Shown: positions 47,446-63,097, numbered from the stretch's first letter. The stretch: DNA of 64,000 nucleotides from Eledone cirrhosa (GCA_964016885.1 OZ024740.1:339202001-339266000), one strand, 5' to 3'. Numbers and translations: made by a program. Notes: generated from the sequence alone by a model not told the origin.

Positions 47446-47559
47446 TATATTTATATATATTTATATATATTTTATATTTATATATATTTATTTATATATA
47501 TTTATATTTATTCATATTTATATATATTTATATATATTTATTTATATATATTTATATAT

Positions 47560-50297
47560 AACTGATGCAGAAATACATATACCGAAATATACTGTATTTC
47601 GTTTGGACAAGAAGGAGAGAACTTATGGTGGGGTTGCTCTGTATATCCGTGAAGATGTTACACCAATTGTACTGTTGACACATTCAAACTCAGTCTGTGA
47701 CACACTGATAGTACATATGAAGCAACTAAAGACAGTAATATGTGTCTCATATCGGCCACCTGATGCCCCCAGTCATGAGGGTAAATTTGAGGATAGCCTC
47801 TGTAGGATAGAAGAGGTCCATGATAAACTGGACCAGGGTCTCAACATTCTACTGCTGGGAGTCTTCAACCTGCCAAAGGTCAAATGGCCTGAGGGCCACC
47901 TCCTCCCTGGAATGATTTCAATAGAACAGAGACAGATGGAATCCCTGCTGGCCCTCACACACAGGCTGTTCATGGAACAAGCAGTACTCCTCCTAACAAG
48001 AGGCGAAAATGTCCTGGACCTCTGTTTTACAAACAATGAAGTGCTCATCCACAATGTAAAGGTGACGCCAACAATTTTCTTGGATCATAACTTAGTAGAA
48101 GTAATGATATCTTGTCCGAGAGAACCAACAGAGACACAACCATCAAGAATCACCGGGACGTTATCCAGCCTTAACTTCTACAAGGCTAACTGGAAAAAGA
48201 TTAAGAGAGAAATCTGGAAGCAAATATGGAGCGAAAACACCGCCACACAAGACACCAACACACAATTTCAACACTTCATGACAATGCTACACACTATATG
48301 CAAAAAGTTTGTCCCAGAGAAAAAGGCAAACAGACACAAAAATCTTATTGCCAGAAATAGGAAAATCCATATGAGACGTAGAACCAGCTGAATGCACAAG
48401 AAAACAAAAACAAGAAGGAATCCTATTTGAAACGAGCACTACTTGACACTGAGATTGTACTCAAACTTTCTCATGAAAATGAGAGGGAAAAGAAAGAAAG
48501 CAGGGCCATAGAAAATATTAAAACAAACCCTAAGGCCTTCTTTAAATTTTCAAAAGAAACTGCTTCAGTACACTGCAAGATTGGGCCACTCTTCCATACA
48601 GACGGTTCATTAACCGAAAATCCCCAAGAGATATGTGAAATACTGAACGAACAGTACAAAAGTGTGTTCTCATGTCCACTGAGGCACATGCAAATAACAA
48701 AGCCAGAGGAGTTCTTTGATGCCACAATACTACATGAAGAAATGGCAACCATCAACCACATAGACATAATGGAGGAACATGTGGTATACACCATAGATGA
48801 AATTAGAACAGACTCAGCTGCTGGACCTGATGGATTCCCAGCAGTCCTCTTAAAAACATGTAAGCAGGCCTTAGCAACTCCACTGAAGATGCTCTTCAGA
48901 AACTCCTTGGCTAGCGGTATACTACCCAGGGAGCTGAAAGAAGGCACAATATGCCCTATCCATAAAGGAGATAGCAGAGCGGAGGCCAAAATCTATAGGC
49001 CAGTCTCCCTGACGTCGCATATCAGTAAGGTCATGGAGCGAGTCATCAGAAAGAAACTGATCACTTTCCTCAAGGAAAATGACCGCCTGACTAGCACGCA
49101 GCATGGCGTAACTGGACTCGGCATAACTGGAAAAGTAGGTGAGTGGCTGCATAACTTCTTAAAGGACAGAAGCCAGACAGTCGCAGCAAACGGGGCCCTC
49201 TCAAAGGAAACATCAATAACAAGTGGGGTGCCCCAAGGCACAGTCCTGGGACCACTACTGTTTTTGGTGGCTCTCTCCGACATGCCTCTGTAGTACATAC
49301 AACAACATCCCTCACTAGCTATGCTGATGACACTAAGGTAGCACAGGCAATCAAAAATCCAGCTGACGCTGCCCTTTTACAACAAGATCTGGATGCCATA
49401 TACAAATGGGCGGAAGAAAACAACATGCAGTTTAATGCTGGCAAATTCCAAGCCCTACAATACAAACCTGCAAACACAAATATAGTACAACACAGTTACA
49501 CAGGACCAGGAGGGACCGATATCCCCGTGTCAAAATTGATACGAGACCTGGGTATAGACATGAGCGATGATGCATCTTTTTCCTCACACATCAGAAAGTG
49601 GTGACAATGTGCAGAGGTCTCGCTAGCTGGATCTTGAGGACTTTCCGGACAAGAGACCGAGACACCATGTTGACACTATGGAGGACATTTGTCCTAAGCC
49701 GCCTGGACTATTGCTCCCAGTTGTGGTCACCCATAGTGTCAAACTAACCACGGAGCTTGAGGCAATCCAGCAAAGCTACTCCAAGAGGATTGCCACGATG
49801 AAGGAGATAAGCTACTGGGAGAGGCTAAAAGAACTGAATCTCTACTCCTTGCAAGAAGACGGGAGAGATACGCAGTGATCTACATGTGGAAAATCCTGGA
49901 GGGACTAGAACCAAACTTTGGCATTGGGAGCTGGACCAACCTTCGAACAGGACGTCACTGTGTGGAGCCACTGTCTTCCACATCTAGAATAAGGAGCAGA
50001 TATTACAATAGCCTGGGATTCAAGGGCCCTCAACTCTTCAACAGGCTGCCGAGGGATCTGAGAGGTCTGCATGGTGTGGAGGTGGATGTCTTCAAGAAAC
50101 ATCTCGACACCTTGCTATCCAGGATCCCGGATGAGCCCACAACAAGGCACGAGGGAAACCTAAGAGCAGCAGCAACAAACTCCCTCTTACACCAGTGGCC
50201 AACCAATACAGGCTGGAGATAAAATGTGTAGCAACAAGGGCGGTGCCCCAGTATGATCTCAGCCGGATGGCTGGAACAGGTAAAAGAGTAAAAGAGT
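47560..50297 (+). mobile_element. CR1/L2-group LINE ORF2 pseudogene (APE endonuclease part + RT)
   Basis: YRPP, LDLCF, DH; GPDG, YRPVSLTS, GVPQGTVLGP, YADD (~49320); internal deletion after QHG; (AAAAGAGT) tail. Confidence 0.88.
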
Positions 50298-50303
50298 AAT
50301 ATA

Positions 50304-50346
<43 letters not shown>

Positions 50347-50423
50347 CAATAAATTAACGGAGCCACAGAATTTCGCTATTTCCTGTCAATAATGTGCTCG
50401 AAGAAAAGGAAACCTGAGCTCTT

Positions 50424-50535
50424 TAAAATACAATATGTTGAAAAGGTAACACACTAGAGAGAGATAGTGCACCTGTTTTATTGATGGCACACTATCTCTC
50501 TCTAGTGTGTTACCTTTTCAACATATTGTATTTTA
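50424..50535. repeat. 46-bp perfect inverted repeat in a TA-flanked insert
   Basis: 50424-50469 vs 50490-50535. Confidence 0.9.
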
Positions 50536-50590
50536 TATGTATATATTTATATTTATATATATATATATTTATATATATATAAATAAATAT

Positions 50591-50870
50591 ATTTCACATT
50601 GCTCCAGTTTACTCAGCTGTAGAAATGAGATGATAGGACTAGTGGTCATTATCATTCCACTGCAAAATTTGTCGTGGAGGTGCCACAGCAAAAAAGCACC
50701 CAGCCCACACTGTAAAGTGGACGTGTTGGCGCCTCGGAAAAAAGCACCCAGCACTCACTTTAAATGAGGTTGGTGTTTGGAAGGGCATCCAGCTGTAGAA
50801 ATTAAGCCAGAATCAGTTCCCGTTCCACCCTTGCAAGCAGAGAAAAGCGGACGTAAAATGATGATGATGA
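50591..50870 (+). mobile_element. SINE 3' part (headless)
   Basis: Starts atttcacattgctccag; same tail as 44608. Confidence 0.75.
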
Positions 50871-51699
50871 TATATAAATATATATATATATATATACACA
50901 TACATAATATGATGCGTTTCCACAGAGTTTCTAACAAATTTCACTCGTAAAGTAATAGACAAGCTGAGGGTATAGCAGTAAGCACTTGCCCACTGTGTCA
51001 TACAGGGACTCTAAACCTGAAACCATGTGTATGTACAGTCAACTCTTTAACCACACAGCCATACACATAATTTTTTCTTTTCCTCTAAAAAAAAAAATCG
51101 ACCACCCAAAACATCAACTAGTACAGAAGTTCAGACTATACCCTGATTTATCAATTAACAATTAATAGTGGAAAGCATTTCAAAGAAAAGTTCTTTAACT
51201 CCAATAAATATATTTCTAATATTTCATGTCGCACACACAGAATGAATATGAATGATTAAATATGGTTACATTTAGCAGTTAATTTGTTTCTCGACAGGAT
51301 TTATTCTTACATTGAAACATTAAAAAAAAATTTTTTTCATTTTTTTTTTTCCTTTTCTGATAGAAACCTGAAATTTTAAGAATCTTGCTGTTGAACACTT
51401 AACCAATAATTTTGGAAATTTTTTTTTAAAATGAAATGGTAATCAGATTCAAATCTTAGCCCTGAAGCTGCAGAACTTTCAAATATTTTCTATTATAATC
51501 AATACAAGTTTTGGCTGCTGTATTTTATTATTATTTTTTTCGTTATAGAAGAGATTTAAAAGTTTCATAATTTTATTTACTTAATTTTTTCACCAAAAGA
51601 TATATATTTTTTATTCTTCAGTGTGAATTGTATATTGCAAGGAAATATAATATAATAGTGTTCATACACTCCTATATACACTCATGTATATAGTATAAT

Positions 51700-51886
51700 T
51701 AATCTACATGTATACATATATATAGGTTTATGTATATATATATATATAGGTTTATGTATATATGTGTACATATGTTTATATACATATATATATGTACATA
51801 TATATATAAATATGCATATGTGTGTATGTATATATATATGCATATGTGTGTATATATATATATGTATATGTGTGTATATATATATA

Positions 51887-51929
<43 letters not shown>

Positions 51930-52002
51930 GTGTGTGTGTATATATATATCATCCCCACTTAATTTTGATTTTCTATGCTTACATGAGTTAGATACACACA
52001 AC

Positions 52003-52064
<62 letters not shown>

Positions 52065-52393
52065 GTAATGTATATATAATGGCAGAAAAAATGTGCCACA
52101 AAATATCAAGTTGTTGTATATTTACAGGCACACATACGCACACATTCCAGTACATGCTCAAATACACATAAACATACACACCTCTGTGCATACACATAAA
52201 AAAACCGCACATACACACAACCATATAATATAATATATATATACGTATGTATGTGTATATATATATATGTATATATATGTGTGTGTATATATCTATATAT
52301 ATGTGTGTGTATATATATGTGCATATATATGTGTGTATATATATATGTGTGTATATATATATGTGTATATATATATATATGTGTGTATATATA

Positions 52394-52446
<53 letters not shown>

Positions 52447-52620
52447 ATATATATATATGTGTGTGTATATATATATATGTGTGTATATATATATATATGT
52501 ATATATATGTGTGTATATGTATATATATATATCTGTATGTATATATATGTATATATGTATATATATGTGTCTGTGTATGTATATATAAATAAACATATAT
52601 GTGTGTACATTTTCACACAT
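51700..52620. repeat. mixed (TA)/(TG) microsatellites
   Basis: Seen directly in sequence. Confidence 0.9.
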
Positions 52621-54130
52621 AAAGACAAAAATAGAAACATGCATGCAATACAGCTATTTCAGACATTCAAATGAATATGTATATGGGTTCTTAGTTTGTA
52701 AACTGACTCTAATATGAACATTTGATGTCCTTACTGACTTAGTGATATGCAATATTTCCCTTTGAGCTTAACACGTTGGAAAGGAAAGATTTTCAACCAA
52801 AACAAGTCACAACGAAAAGTATTGTTATTTTGTGTCAATATATCAGTATTGATGTGTGGTTAACCAGTTTGCAACCACATAGTTTCAAGTTTGTTACCAC
52901 TGCAAAGCCCATTGGACAAGTATCTTCTACTACTGCTTCATATATAAATATATACACGCACATGTGCACACATGTGTGTGCATGTATGTGGGTTCACATT
53001 CTTGTCTATGTTTGAGCTTTATAAATCAGCCATTTGACAAAAAAAATGTTTGATAAAATTATGTACCAAAATTGAAAGAAATAAGTCCTGGTGACTATAT
53101 TATCAACTAAAACCATTTAAGACTGTGCTCCAGCATGGCTGCAATCTAATTACTGACACCAGTAAAGAAATGAAATATCTCTAAAATATCAATTTTTTTC
53201 ACAGAATCTGTACAAGTGTCTTCCCAAATTATTTTGATGTGGAGTTCAATTTAAGCCTTAAAGAACAAAATAATAAATTGATATAATTTCCATAGTTAGA
53301 AATTTGTAAAATTAATGACTAATTAGTTTTCTTGGCACAGATGCACCCCCACACATTTTTATATACTTGTAATTCACTCCTGGTACTTAAAGGATTCACT
53401 GCCATTTAACTACAGATTTGCAATACAAGTGTTCTTGTCATAACACCTGTCAGAAATTTTCTACCCAATTGTGCTAACACTATTTTCAATCTTTCAATGA
53501 AAAATTTATTCAGATGTATTAAAATCAAAGCCTCAAATACATATTGCAGTAAAATCATGACTATATTTTAAAAGCCATTACTAAAGTGTGTTCAGTGAAA
53601 ACAAGGAATGCTATAAATCAATTCCCAACCTAGAAATAATCTTGTCTATTGAGACTGTCTAATAACTTTTTGCCTGTAATTTACATATGTCACATAGAAT
53701 TTATTCCAGCTAGAATATTCTGGAGACTTTTCAGATTTTTAAAGCTATTAATATTCATTTTGTAGAAGACATTTATTTATGAAGGAAGTTATAATAATGT
53801 TAGCACGGCTATTTATAGGATTTTCAGCACTTGTAATGTACTGTTGTCTAAATCTTTTCTTCTTCTTTTTGTGTGTATCTATCTTTGGATTCTCACACTT
53901 CAAGGATGTGCTAATAGAACGACTAACTGAGAAATATCTCTATCTTTTAAAGCGCTATAGGTGAAGAAAAATGGACATATAAAATATCATCTATATCTCT
54001 ATTAATTTTGGTGCTGACATATCTTGATAGACTTGAAATATTCTATTTAAATTTTTTGAAAATGTAAACAGTGATGATGTGTGTGCGTGTGTATATATAT
54101 GTATATTTTAATGGAGGCACATGGCTCTAA

Positions 54131-54470
54131 TGGAGGCACATGGCTTAGTGGTTAGAGCATTGGCCTTGCAATCGAAAGGTTGTGAGTTCAATTCTCAGAC
54201 CGGGTGATGTGTTGTTTCCTTGAGCAAGACACTTTATTTCATAATGCTCCAGTTTACTCAGCTGTAGAAATGAGATGATAGGGACTGGGGTCCCTATCAT
54301 TCCACTGCAAAGTGGTCGTGGAGGTGCCACGGCAAAAAAGCACCCAGCACTCACTGTAAATGAGGTTGGTGTTAGGAAGAGCATCCAGCTGTAGAAATCA
54401 AGCCAAAATCAGTTCCCGTCCCACCCTTGCAAGCAGGGAAAAGCGGACGTAAAATGAAATGAATGAAATG
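54131..54470 (+). mobile_element. tRNA-derived CORE-like SINE with duplicated 5' start
   Basis: taatggaggcacatggct occurs twice (54109, 54128), then a full SINE. Confidence 0.88.
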
Positions 54471-55001
54471 AATATATATATATATATATACATACATACA
54501 CACGTGTGTGTGTGTATTATTGATTGTTTTAGGTAGTTTTTGAAAGTGTTGTGACAATATAATACTTTTTAATTGATTGGAAAGCATAATAAAGAATTAA
54601 ATGTAGTGTTTTATTTACAAATTATTCAGTCCAAAAGGTTCTCATCAGGGAATATAAGATCTGTTTTGTTTTATCATTTGAAGTTTAAAAAAGAATAAGC
54701 TTTTGTTGAAGTCATTCTCAAAGCTGTTAGAAGCTAAAGAAACAGATTATAGATATTAGGTTATATTTTATTTTTTCTTCAATTTGTTTTTTCTCTCCTA
54801 AGTGTAATATATGGTCTCTATCTTTTAAATAAATCTCAAAGGAGAGAAAAATGAAAATATACCATAACATCTATAATCTGTTTCTTCAACTTCTAACAGC
54901 TTTGAGGATGATTTCAACTAAAGCATATGCTTTTTTGAACTTTGAACGTTACCCAATGCTATATATATATATATATATACATATGTACAAATATATATAT
55001 A

Positions 55002-57365
55002 TCATCATCATCACCGTTGTATGTCCATTCTTCCACACTAGCATGGGTTAGATGGGTTGTCCTATAGTGGGTAATGCCAGGTCAGGTGACCATGTCTTGC
55101 TCATACAGAATTGATTTTGGCTTGATTTCTACAGCTGGATGCCCTTCCTAACACTAACCTCATTTACAGTGAGTACTGGGTGCTTTTTTACATGGCGCCT
55201 ACACAACCACTTAAAAGTTAAAAGGGGGGGGGGGGGCATACTGTCTATGTACTTCAGCTTCAACTTGTACCCATGGGAAGTCAGGTCTTCTGTATTACTG
55301 CGTAACGCCAGAGGTGAGGTCTGTCCTGTGTCATTGCCTTTGAGAGGTGCAATTGGGCAAGGTCAGCTTTTATCACCTCATCCCAGGTCTTCTTGGTCTT
55401 CCCACTCCAAGGCTTCCATCAACTTTTAGTGCTCTGCACCTTTTTATGCATCTGTCATCCTTCATACACATCACATGTCCATACCAATGTAATCTTCTCT
55501 CCTGCACACAACATTTGATTCTTCTTAAGCTTAGTCTCTCACTCAATTCGTTTATGCTTTTCTGTTGCACATCCATCGGAGCATGCAAGCTTCATTTCTT
55601 TCTAATCTATGCAAGTCTTCTGCACACAATGCCCAGGTCTCACTACCATGTAACATTGGTGTTCATATGTACGCATCATATAGTCTTCCTTTCATTTTGA
55701 GGGAAAAGCCTTTTGCAGCGAGCAGTAGTAGTAGTTCGATGAACTTCTTCCATTCCATTCTTACCCTGGTTATTGTGCGTTCAGAACACCCACCTCCACT
55801 GCTAATTCGGTCACATAGGTAGCAGAAGCTGTCTACTGTTTCTACCGAACCCTCCCAGAATTTGGTAGTGCTTGTTTCCTGTGGTCGTTTGCTGCTTACT
55901 GTCCCGGTACAACTGCTACATGTAAAGCTTACATTCTTAACTAAACTTCCTGAAATCCCACTACATCTCTTGTGTACCCATAGTTTGCATTTGGGTCATA
56001 GGATGGAATTTCTACCTACACCATTCCTACATACTGAGCAAGGCCATTTCCATGAGGGAATCTGGGTTCTGTTTTCTCATCTACTTATGAGGACCTTAGT
56101 CTTTTTCAGGTTGACTTTGAGACCTTTCTTTCTAGGCCCTGCTTCCATGTTTGAAATTTCTTCATGAGCTCCACCATAGATTCAGCTATAAGTGTAAGAT
56201 CATCTGCGTACAGAAGTTCCCGTGGGCATCCGGTCTTAAACTCCTCTGTTATAGCCTGCAATATGATAATAAATAGGAGAGGGCTAAGTACAGAGCCCTG
56301 GTGGACACCAACCTGTATGTTAAATTCCTCACTATAGTCATTGTTAACCCTAACTTTCCTGACTGCTCCCCTATACATGGCTTGTACAGCCTTCACAAGC
56401 CATTCAACTACTCATAGTTTTCTAAGAGCCCACCAAATTATAGCACGGTGCACTCTGTCGAAGGCTTACTTTTAGCTCAGTACTTTTCCTGTAACTGCCT
56501 CACAAGGAAGAGACCATCAATTGTGCTTTTGCCTGGCACAAACCCAAACTGCATCTCATCTAGATTTACCCGGTGTCTAATCAGCTATGCTATAACTCTT
56601 TCTGTTACTTTCATGACCTGGTCCATCAGCTTTATACTTCTATAGTTTCCTCTATCTAGTGCATCACCTTTATCTTTGTAGCAGTTGACAATGATGCTAC
56701 GTCAAACATTTGGTATGATGCCCTCTAGTATTACTTGGTTAACAATACGTGTGGTTATGGTGTGACCTATCAACCCAGATGATTTCAGCATCTCGACTGC
56801 TATACCCGATGGACTGGTTGCTTTCCCAGTCTCCATATGCTTAATTGCCTTACCTACTACACTGCTGCTGACTTGTATTGCAGGGTCCTCTTTAGGGTCC
56901 AATTGGTGTAGGGTCTCTTTTTCCCATGCATTCTCCTCATTCAGTAATGTTTCATAATGGCTCATCCACGTAGCTTTCTTCTCAGCACTTGTGAGAGCAA
57001 GATCACCTTTATCATCCCAGACACACTTCTCTGCAATGACATCACAATTTTCTCTGACACACTGCCTCACAATCCTGAACACCTCCTGTTCTGGTCCTCA
57101 CCCTCTTGGTCCCTATGTAATGTACACTGCTTTCCCTGTTCTTCCATTATTTTCATGCCTGTCTCTTAGACTTAATTGCCTTATCTACCTTATTGTTCCA
57201 CCACCAAGTCACTCTCCTTCTTCTGTGGTCTTACTCCAACTACAAATCTTGTCTGTCGCCTTTAGTAAGTTATTTTTTAGGAACTCCCAGTGCTCTTCTA
57301 TATTGAATGTCTCTATCTGTTCTTCTTCACCGTCATAGGCATCAAGTAAGATATCTTTAAATCTG
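55002..57365 (-). mobile_element. older RTE-clade LINE pseudogene
   Basis: GVHQGSVLSP, YADD, PHD-like cysteines, GRPR; many disablements. Confidence 0.85.
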
Positions 57366-57911
57366 TTAGATCAACAGTAATCCATCATCAGAATAGAGAA
57401 TGAAATAAAAGAAGAAATAGAAAGATAGAGAGTGAGAAGAGGAAGAAACAGAAAAAGAAGTTTTGAGAGAAAAAGCATGCGTGTATGTTCAGTCAGTCAG
57501 TCATTTTGGGGAAATGCTGGTCAGTCAATGTCTTAAATATTAGATAGGTTTTGAAAGGGAGATAATACTTGTATATTCCAAGTGGATGTGTGTGTGTTGG
57601 TTGGTTTGTTTGTCTGTGAAAAGCTGTGAATATTGGTGCATTAGACTGTAAAAAGGTGGCTGCTGTGCGATTGAGGGGTGTGAGTATGCACACACACACA
57701 CACAGGGAGGTATACCTATCTACATGAAAGTCTGCATACACATTCAGACACATGACACATAGAAACAGTCACAATAGGTTGTAGAGAAAGGGAAGTGATG
57801 GCAAAGATGATTGTCACCCTGTCTCATTTAGCAGATATGGCTGTATGATAAAAGACTTGGCTTTAGGTACAGTGATATGTATGCATGTATATATATATGT
57901 ACATGTTTATA

Positions 57912-58089
57912 TACAGGAAAAATTCCGTTTTAACGAATATCATTATAACAAATTTTTCAGTATAACAAAATTTTTTTCAATCTCCAGCCACATGCTCGAT
58001 ATGTTTTGGCCAATCTCATTATAAAGAATTTTTCACTACAACGAAATGTTTATACCCCATGTGTTTCATTATAATGGAATTTCACTGTA
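57912..58089. mobile_element. Tc1/Tigger-type MITE
   Basis: TA-CAGGAAAAATTCCGTTTTAACGAA ... TTCATTATAATGGAATTTCACTG-TA imperfect TIRs. Confidence 0.6.
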
Positions 58090-58154
58090 TATATATGTGT
58101 ATGGATGTATATGTAAATATGTATATATGTGTCTGTATATATGGCCTCCGATCC

Positions 58155-58215
<61 letters not shown>

Positions 58216-58562
58216 TTCTGATTTCAATTCCTGGATTGGGCGATGCATTATGCCTTTGAACAAGATATTTTATTTCACATTGCTCCTTCTACCCGGAGTT
58301 GTGACCAATAGATAGTATTAGCAATTGAAAAGACCAACGAAAACATTGTTTACTTGGTCCAATTTGATGATCAACTATCGATATATATATATCGATGACT
58401 GACTGCAAAAGCATCTAGAGTGGCACCCCCAACAACTGGCTGCACCAGTTGCAGGAACATGATGATATATGTTTATGTACATCTATATGTGTACATGTTA
58501 TGTATAGAAGTATATGTATATATGTCTATATATATATGCATATATATATGTGTGTGTGTGTG

Positions 58563-58606
<44 letters not shown>

Positions 58607-58646
58607 TATACACACACACATATATATATATATGCATATATACATA

Positions 58647-58707
<61 letters not shown>

Positions 58708-59349
58708 ACATAAAGGTAAAGTAATAAATGTGTCAATACATTTGTAAGTGTTCTGATTCCAGCAGTTATCTTTGATCAGTAGCTTAACTACAGAGAGAGG
58801 AGAAGAAACATACATAATGCTGCTGACCAATTTATTGCAAAAGATGAGAAAAATTCAGTTAAGCATTCACTAGTCCATTTATCACATCTTTGTAAATAGA
58901 GAAAAGCTATGTCAACTGGCTTTCTTGTTTAGATTATCAATTAGTAAAGAAATTGTATTATATAGGAAGAATATTGCCAACATTAAAATGTAATTGGTAG
59001 TGGTAGTGCAACTTAACTGTATGAAGATTATTGAGATGATAGATAGATATTACTCCTTGCTACTTCTTATTACACAACACAGTCTTCATCATATCAGCTT
59101 TCTTTTAATTTGTTCTGACAACTATCAGTTTGATCTTTGGAAAGAAATTCTTGCTGAGTATATGAAATCTATGTAACTAATTCTATTATTTACCAATGTT
59201 GTTATTTAGCAATGATATTACATATACACTAATGGAATTATTGGTTGGAGAAGGAATGGCTATGTGGCTAAAAAATATTTGAAAGTTCACTTCACTGCAA
59301 TGTAGTTTCAAATTCAATCCTATTGTGTAACACATTGGGAAACTATTTT

Positions 59350-59760
59350 TAGGTGGATTAAAGCCTACATAGGCTAGGGAGGTTATCTGGTTGACCCATA
59401 TTCTAACTAGGTTCGTTTGGGGAGGTATCTAGCCAAGCTCTCTGCAAGTTAATTGGGTAGCTATCTTGTTGATTTGTAGCCAGGCTAGTGGAGTAGCAAC
59501 CCTGCAAAACTCTACACTAGTTAATGGGGGTAGTAGTTATCTTGTTGATTTTTAGCCAGGCTAATAGGGATAGCAACATAGCAGAATGGTTACCCAAGTC
59601 AAAGTTATGGGGATACCTACCTTGTGTATTTATACCCAGGCTAATAGGGATAGCAACTTAGTAGAGTAGTTTTCTAGTCAAGCTCTGTATGGGTAAATCT
59701 CTAGATGATTCGTACCAAAGCTAGTGGGATTGTTGTTGACTAAAACTTACAGGGATTACT
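59350..59760. repeat. degenerate tandem repeat
   Basis: tatcttgttgatt..agccaggcta..g.tagcaac recurs at ~59462, 59538, 59618. Confidence 0.55.
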
Positions 59761-61189
59761 GTGGAGGGGTTATTTACTTAATGCCACCCCAGGCAAAAGA
59801 GTCTATAGAATATCTGAACTTGTTAATTGGTTTCTCTGTTTGGCAGAAAGCTTCTATATTTGTAGGTAAGAAACTTAGTAAAAAGAATTATCCCTGTACA
59901 TATTTTTCTAACTCCTAGAGCAGTCATGGACAAACTGCATCCCATGAACCACATACAGCCCATTTGGCTTTCTGAATGGCATGCCTAATATCAAAATTAC
60001 CTTGAATTATTTGAGTGGTGCAACCTGCTTTATGGTGAGCCATATCCTATGTAGCTCACTGATTGAAAAAGGTTTCCCATGCCTGCCCTAGAGCAAGGAT
60101 CAGCAACTTCTGTTTGTAATGGTCTGCTCTTGACATTTTTAGTTTTGCATATGGCCCACACATTTCTTATATATTACATATAAAGAATTGAAAAAGTCCA
60201 ACAGCCATTGAGAACACCTCAATAGCCTTCATGTAGGCAATGACCCACCCTAGAGTTACAAAAGTTAAGGTTGATTTCAACACCTCATTAGGATCTGAAA
60301 CTTAGATTATAGATTCAAATATACCACCTGCACAGACGTGCTCCCGATTTTAAAATATATTGGAGCATAATTTAAGATTTAGCTGCAGTTTCTAGCAGAT
60401 CAAGCAACTGTGTGGAAACTTCCTCCTTTGTGGTTGGCATGGTTAAATTAGATCTTGAGTTAATATTTGGTCCTCTCATATTTGGTATCCACTGTTGGAA
60501 TAATGACTGGCTGATAGTATCTGTATTATATGCCTGTGATAATTATCTATGGGCAGCCTTTGATTGTGATGCTGTGAGGGCACTGGTTGGAGCTAGCTCA
60601 ACCCATTCTGGGTGATTGCTAACATAATTACAAATATGTCCAAATAAGTATTGCCAAAGAAATTACCTCCACTATACCACACAACCACCACCAACACCAC
60701 ATTCTGTTGTGTCTCTGTTAACACTGATTTAACACAAATTTTCGCTGATTAACTGTATTTTAATGATACCTTCTCATCATTTCGACAGGAAATATTCATT
60801 TATTTTTCCACAATTCATCACTGTCTCAGTTTAACTGTTTAACAGCTTGAAAGACCTACACACCTTACATTGGAAACTAAACCATAAAAATTTGACTAAA
60901 ACACATAAATATTTTTTTAAATATATTTCTTCTGTTTAAGAGATTCAACCATTTTGGAATTATTTTAAATAAAAATGTGTATGATGAATGGGTAGTTTAA
61001 TTTTTCTTTGTACAATCTAAAGGGGCCCTCATTAGATGAAAATGTTAGCAGTTTGGAACCAGTATTCTGTAATTGCCAATTTTCTTCTGTTATTAATTAA
61101 TGACCTATACACATTTTGTATATCACTTTATATCCATTAAACTACTTGATGTAAAATTTAGACGACATTTCAACATTTCAAATATAATT

Positions 61190-61765
61190 GCATTTACACA
61201 TATATACAGACACACACATATAGGGGCTTATACAGATGCATATAGATATGCATATAGATATGCTCACACAAACATGTACATGCACATATAAATACACAAT
61301 CCTTACACATACGCATAGACAAACTCATGTACATCAAATGCAAACATGCATAACTGTTCACACACACACATGCATATACAAACACATATACATAGACATA
61401 TACAGCATATGCATACATATACTCACATAAATGCACACAAACACACATCACATACACATACTTGCCCATACACACAGATACAGTCACATACAGACACTGA
61501 TGCATATATACCCACATGGTCCAATACATAGGCATGCACACTGTTACAGATATACACAGACCAAAAGACAGTCACACACATATACACTCTGTTATGCATA
61601 TACACATACAGGCACAGTCGCACACACACACACACTTTGATACGCATACGTGGTCCAATACACATGTGCACACACATGCACACACACTGCTACACATATA
61701 CACATAGTCTAATAGAGAGTTACATACATACACACACACATACATAGACACACATACATACACAG
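61190..61765. repeat. (CA)/(TA)-rich low-complexity tract
   Basis: Seen directly in sequence. Confidence 0.85.
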
Positions 61766-62929
61766 CCTGTTCCTCCTCCTTTGTCAGTGTAGCATTATTT
61801 ATCTGTTGAAATTGAGCTAAATTACTTTTATTGTTAAATCTAGGAAGGAATCAATGGACATGTTAGCCTGCAGCAAATAATATCAATTTAAATGAAACAG
61901 AACTGAACCATTCTTGTATCAGTATGATTTATTTGTTTACTATCAACACCACAAGTAATATTCTTCCTTTCATTGTTCTTAAACAATTCAATTTTTCAAT
62001 GGACATTTCCTCTATGTATGTTGTTGGAAAGTTGGCTTTTTTTTATATGGAGAGGCTGGGGGCGATAGGGGGGAAAGTTGTGTGATTTGTTTTCTTTATC
62101 TAATGTTTCTTTCTGTTCATTTAACTTTCATATTTATATTTCAAATTTTAATTTAGAAATTTAATGAAATGACCATAAAAAATCGAAAATAACAAAAACT
62201 ATTGGTTTCAGTGTAATTTTATAATTTATTGTATTTTTTTTTTTTAAATGTGAAATGTTTTTTTTTGTTTTTAGTGGGGTGGGTAGTGGGGGGGGGGTCC
62301 TTCTTTTTGAGGTTCTATTGATGTGTTTTTAGTTAAAATTATTTTCCTCAATGTAGTAGTGAAATAATAACTAAGATTCTTTTTCTCAGAGTCAGTTGAA
62401 CATGCAGTTGTGTATGTTTCATTTCTATTTAACTATTATATACTGTTATTTATTCAAGGACTGTCTGTTTTCTTTCATTTCTATCACTACTGCAGCTGCT
62501 GCACCTGCATTTCTCATGGCATCATTTAACTATAGATAGAGATAGTTTTATATTTTCCATAATTTCAACAGTTTCTGCTTTTTGTTCGTTCACTTTGGCC
62601 GTTAGCACTAATAATAAATAAAAGTGTTAATTAATACTTTATCTTTAGCTTTCCAAATGAAAGCTGCAATTGAAGGGGATGAAATTTAGAACACAATTCT
62701 CTGTTGTTTTGTGTTGTGTTCTGTGAGGCATTGATGATGTATAGAGGTAGATATAGATAGATACATCAGTAGAGAGATAGGTGGATAGATTGTTAGTAGA
62801 TAAGTAGGTATATATATATATATAAGTGTGTGTGTATGTATGCCTGTGTGTGTATATATGTGCATATGTATATATATATATATATGTGTGTATATGTATA
62901 TATGTATGTGTGTGTATATGTATATATAA

Positions 62930-62973
<44 letters not shown>

Positions 62974-62975
<2 letters not shown>

Positions 62976-63083
62976 GTTTCTATTTTTGGCACAAGGCCAG
63001 CAATTATCCCAGTGTATTACTGCTACTTTATTTTATCGACCCCGTAAGGATGAAAGGCAAAGTTAACCTCAGCAGGATTTGAA
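62974..63083 (-). mobile_element. Meta-domain-like SINE fragment
   Basis: Matches 3461-3572. Confidence 0.7.
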
Positions 63084-63097
63084 ATATATATATATTC

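Noticed and set aside
59915-60255. Possible hAT-type MITE pair bounded by CTAGAG
   Set aside because: TIRs are too degenerate to define by eye.
50900-63000. Host gene exons in the less repetitive flanks (also 900-13600)
   Set aside because: No ORF with recognisable homology or supportable splice structure. Small exons cannot be excluded without RNA-seq.
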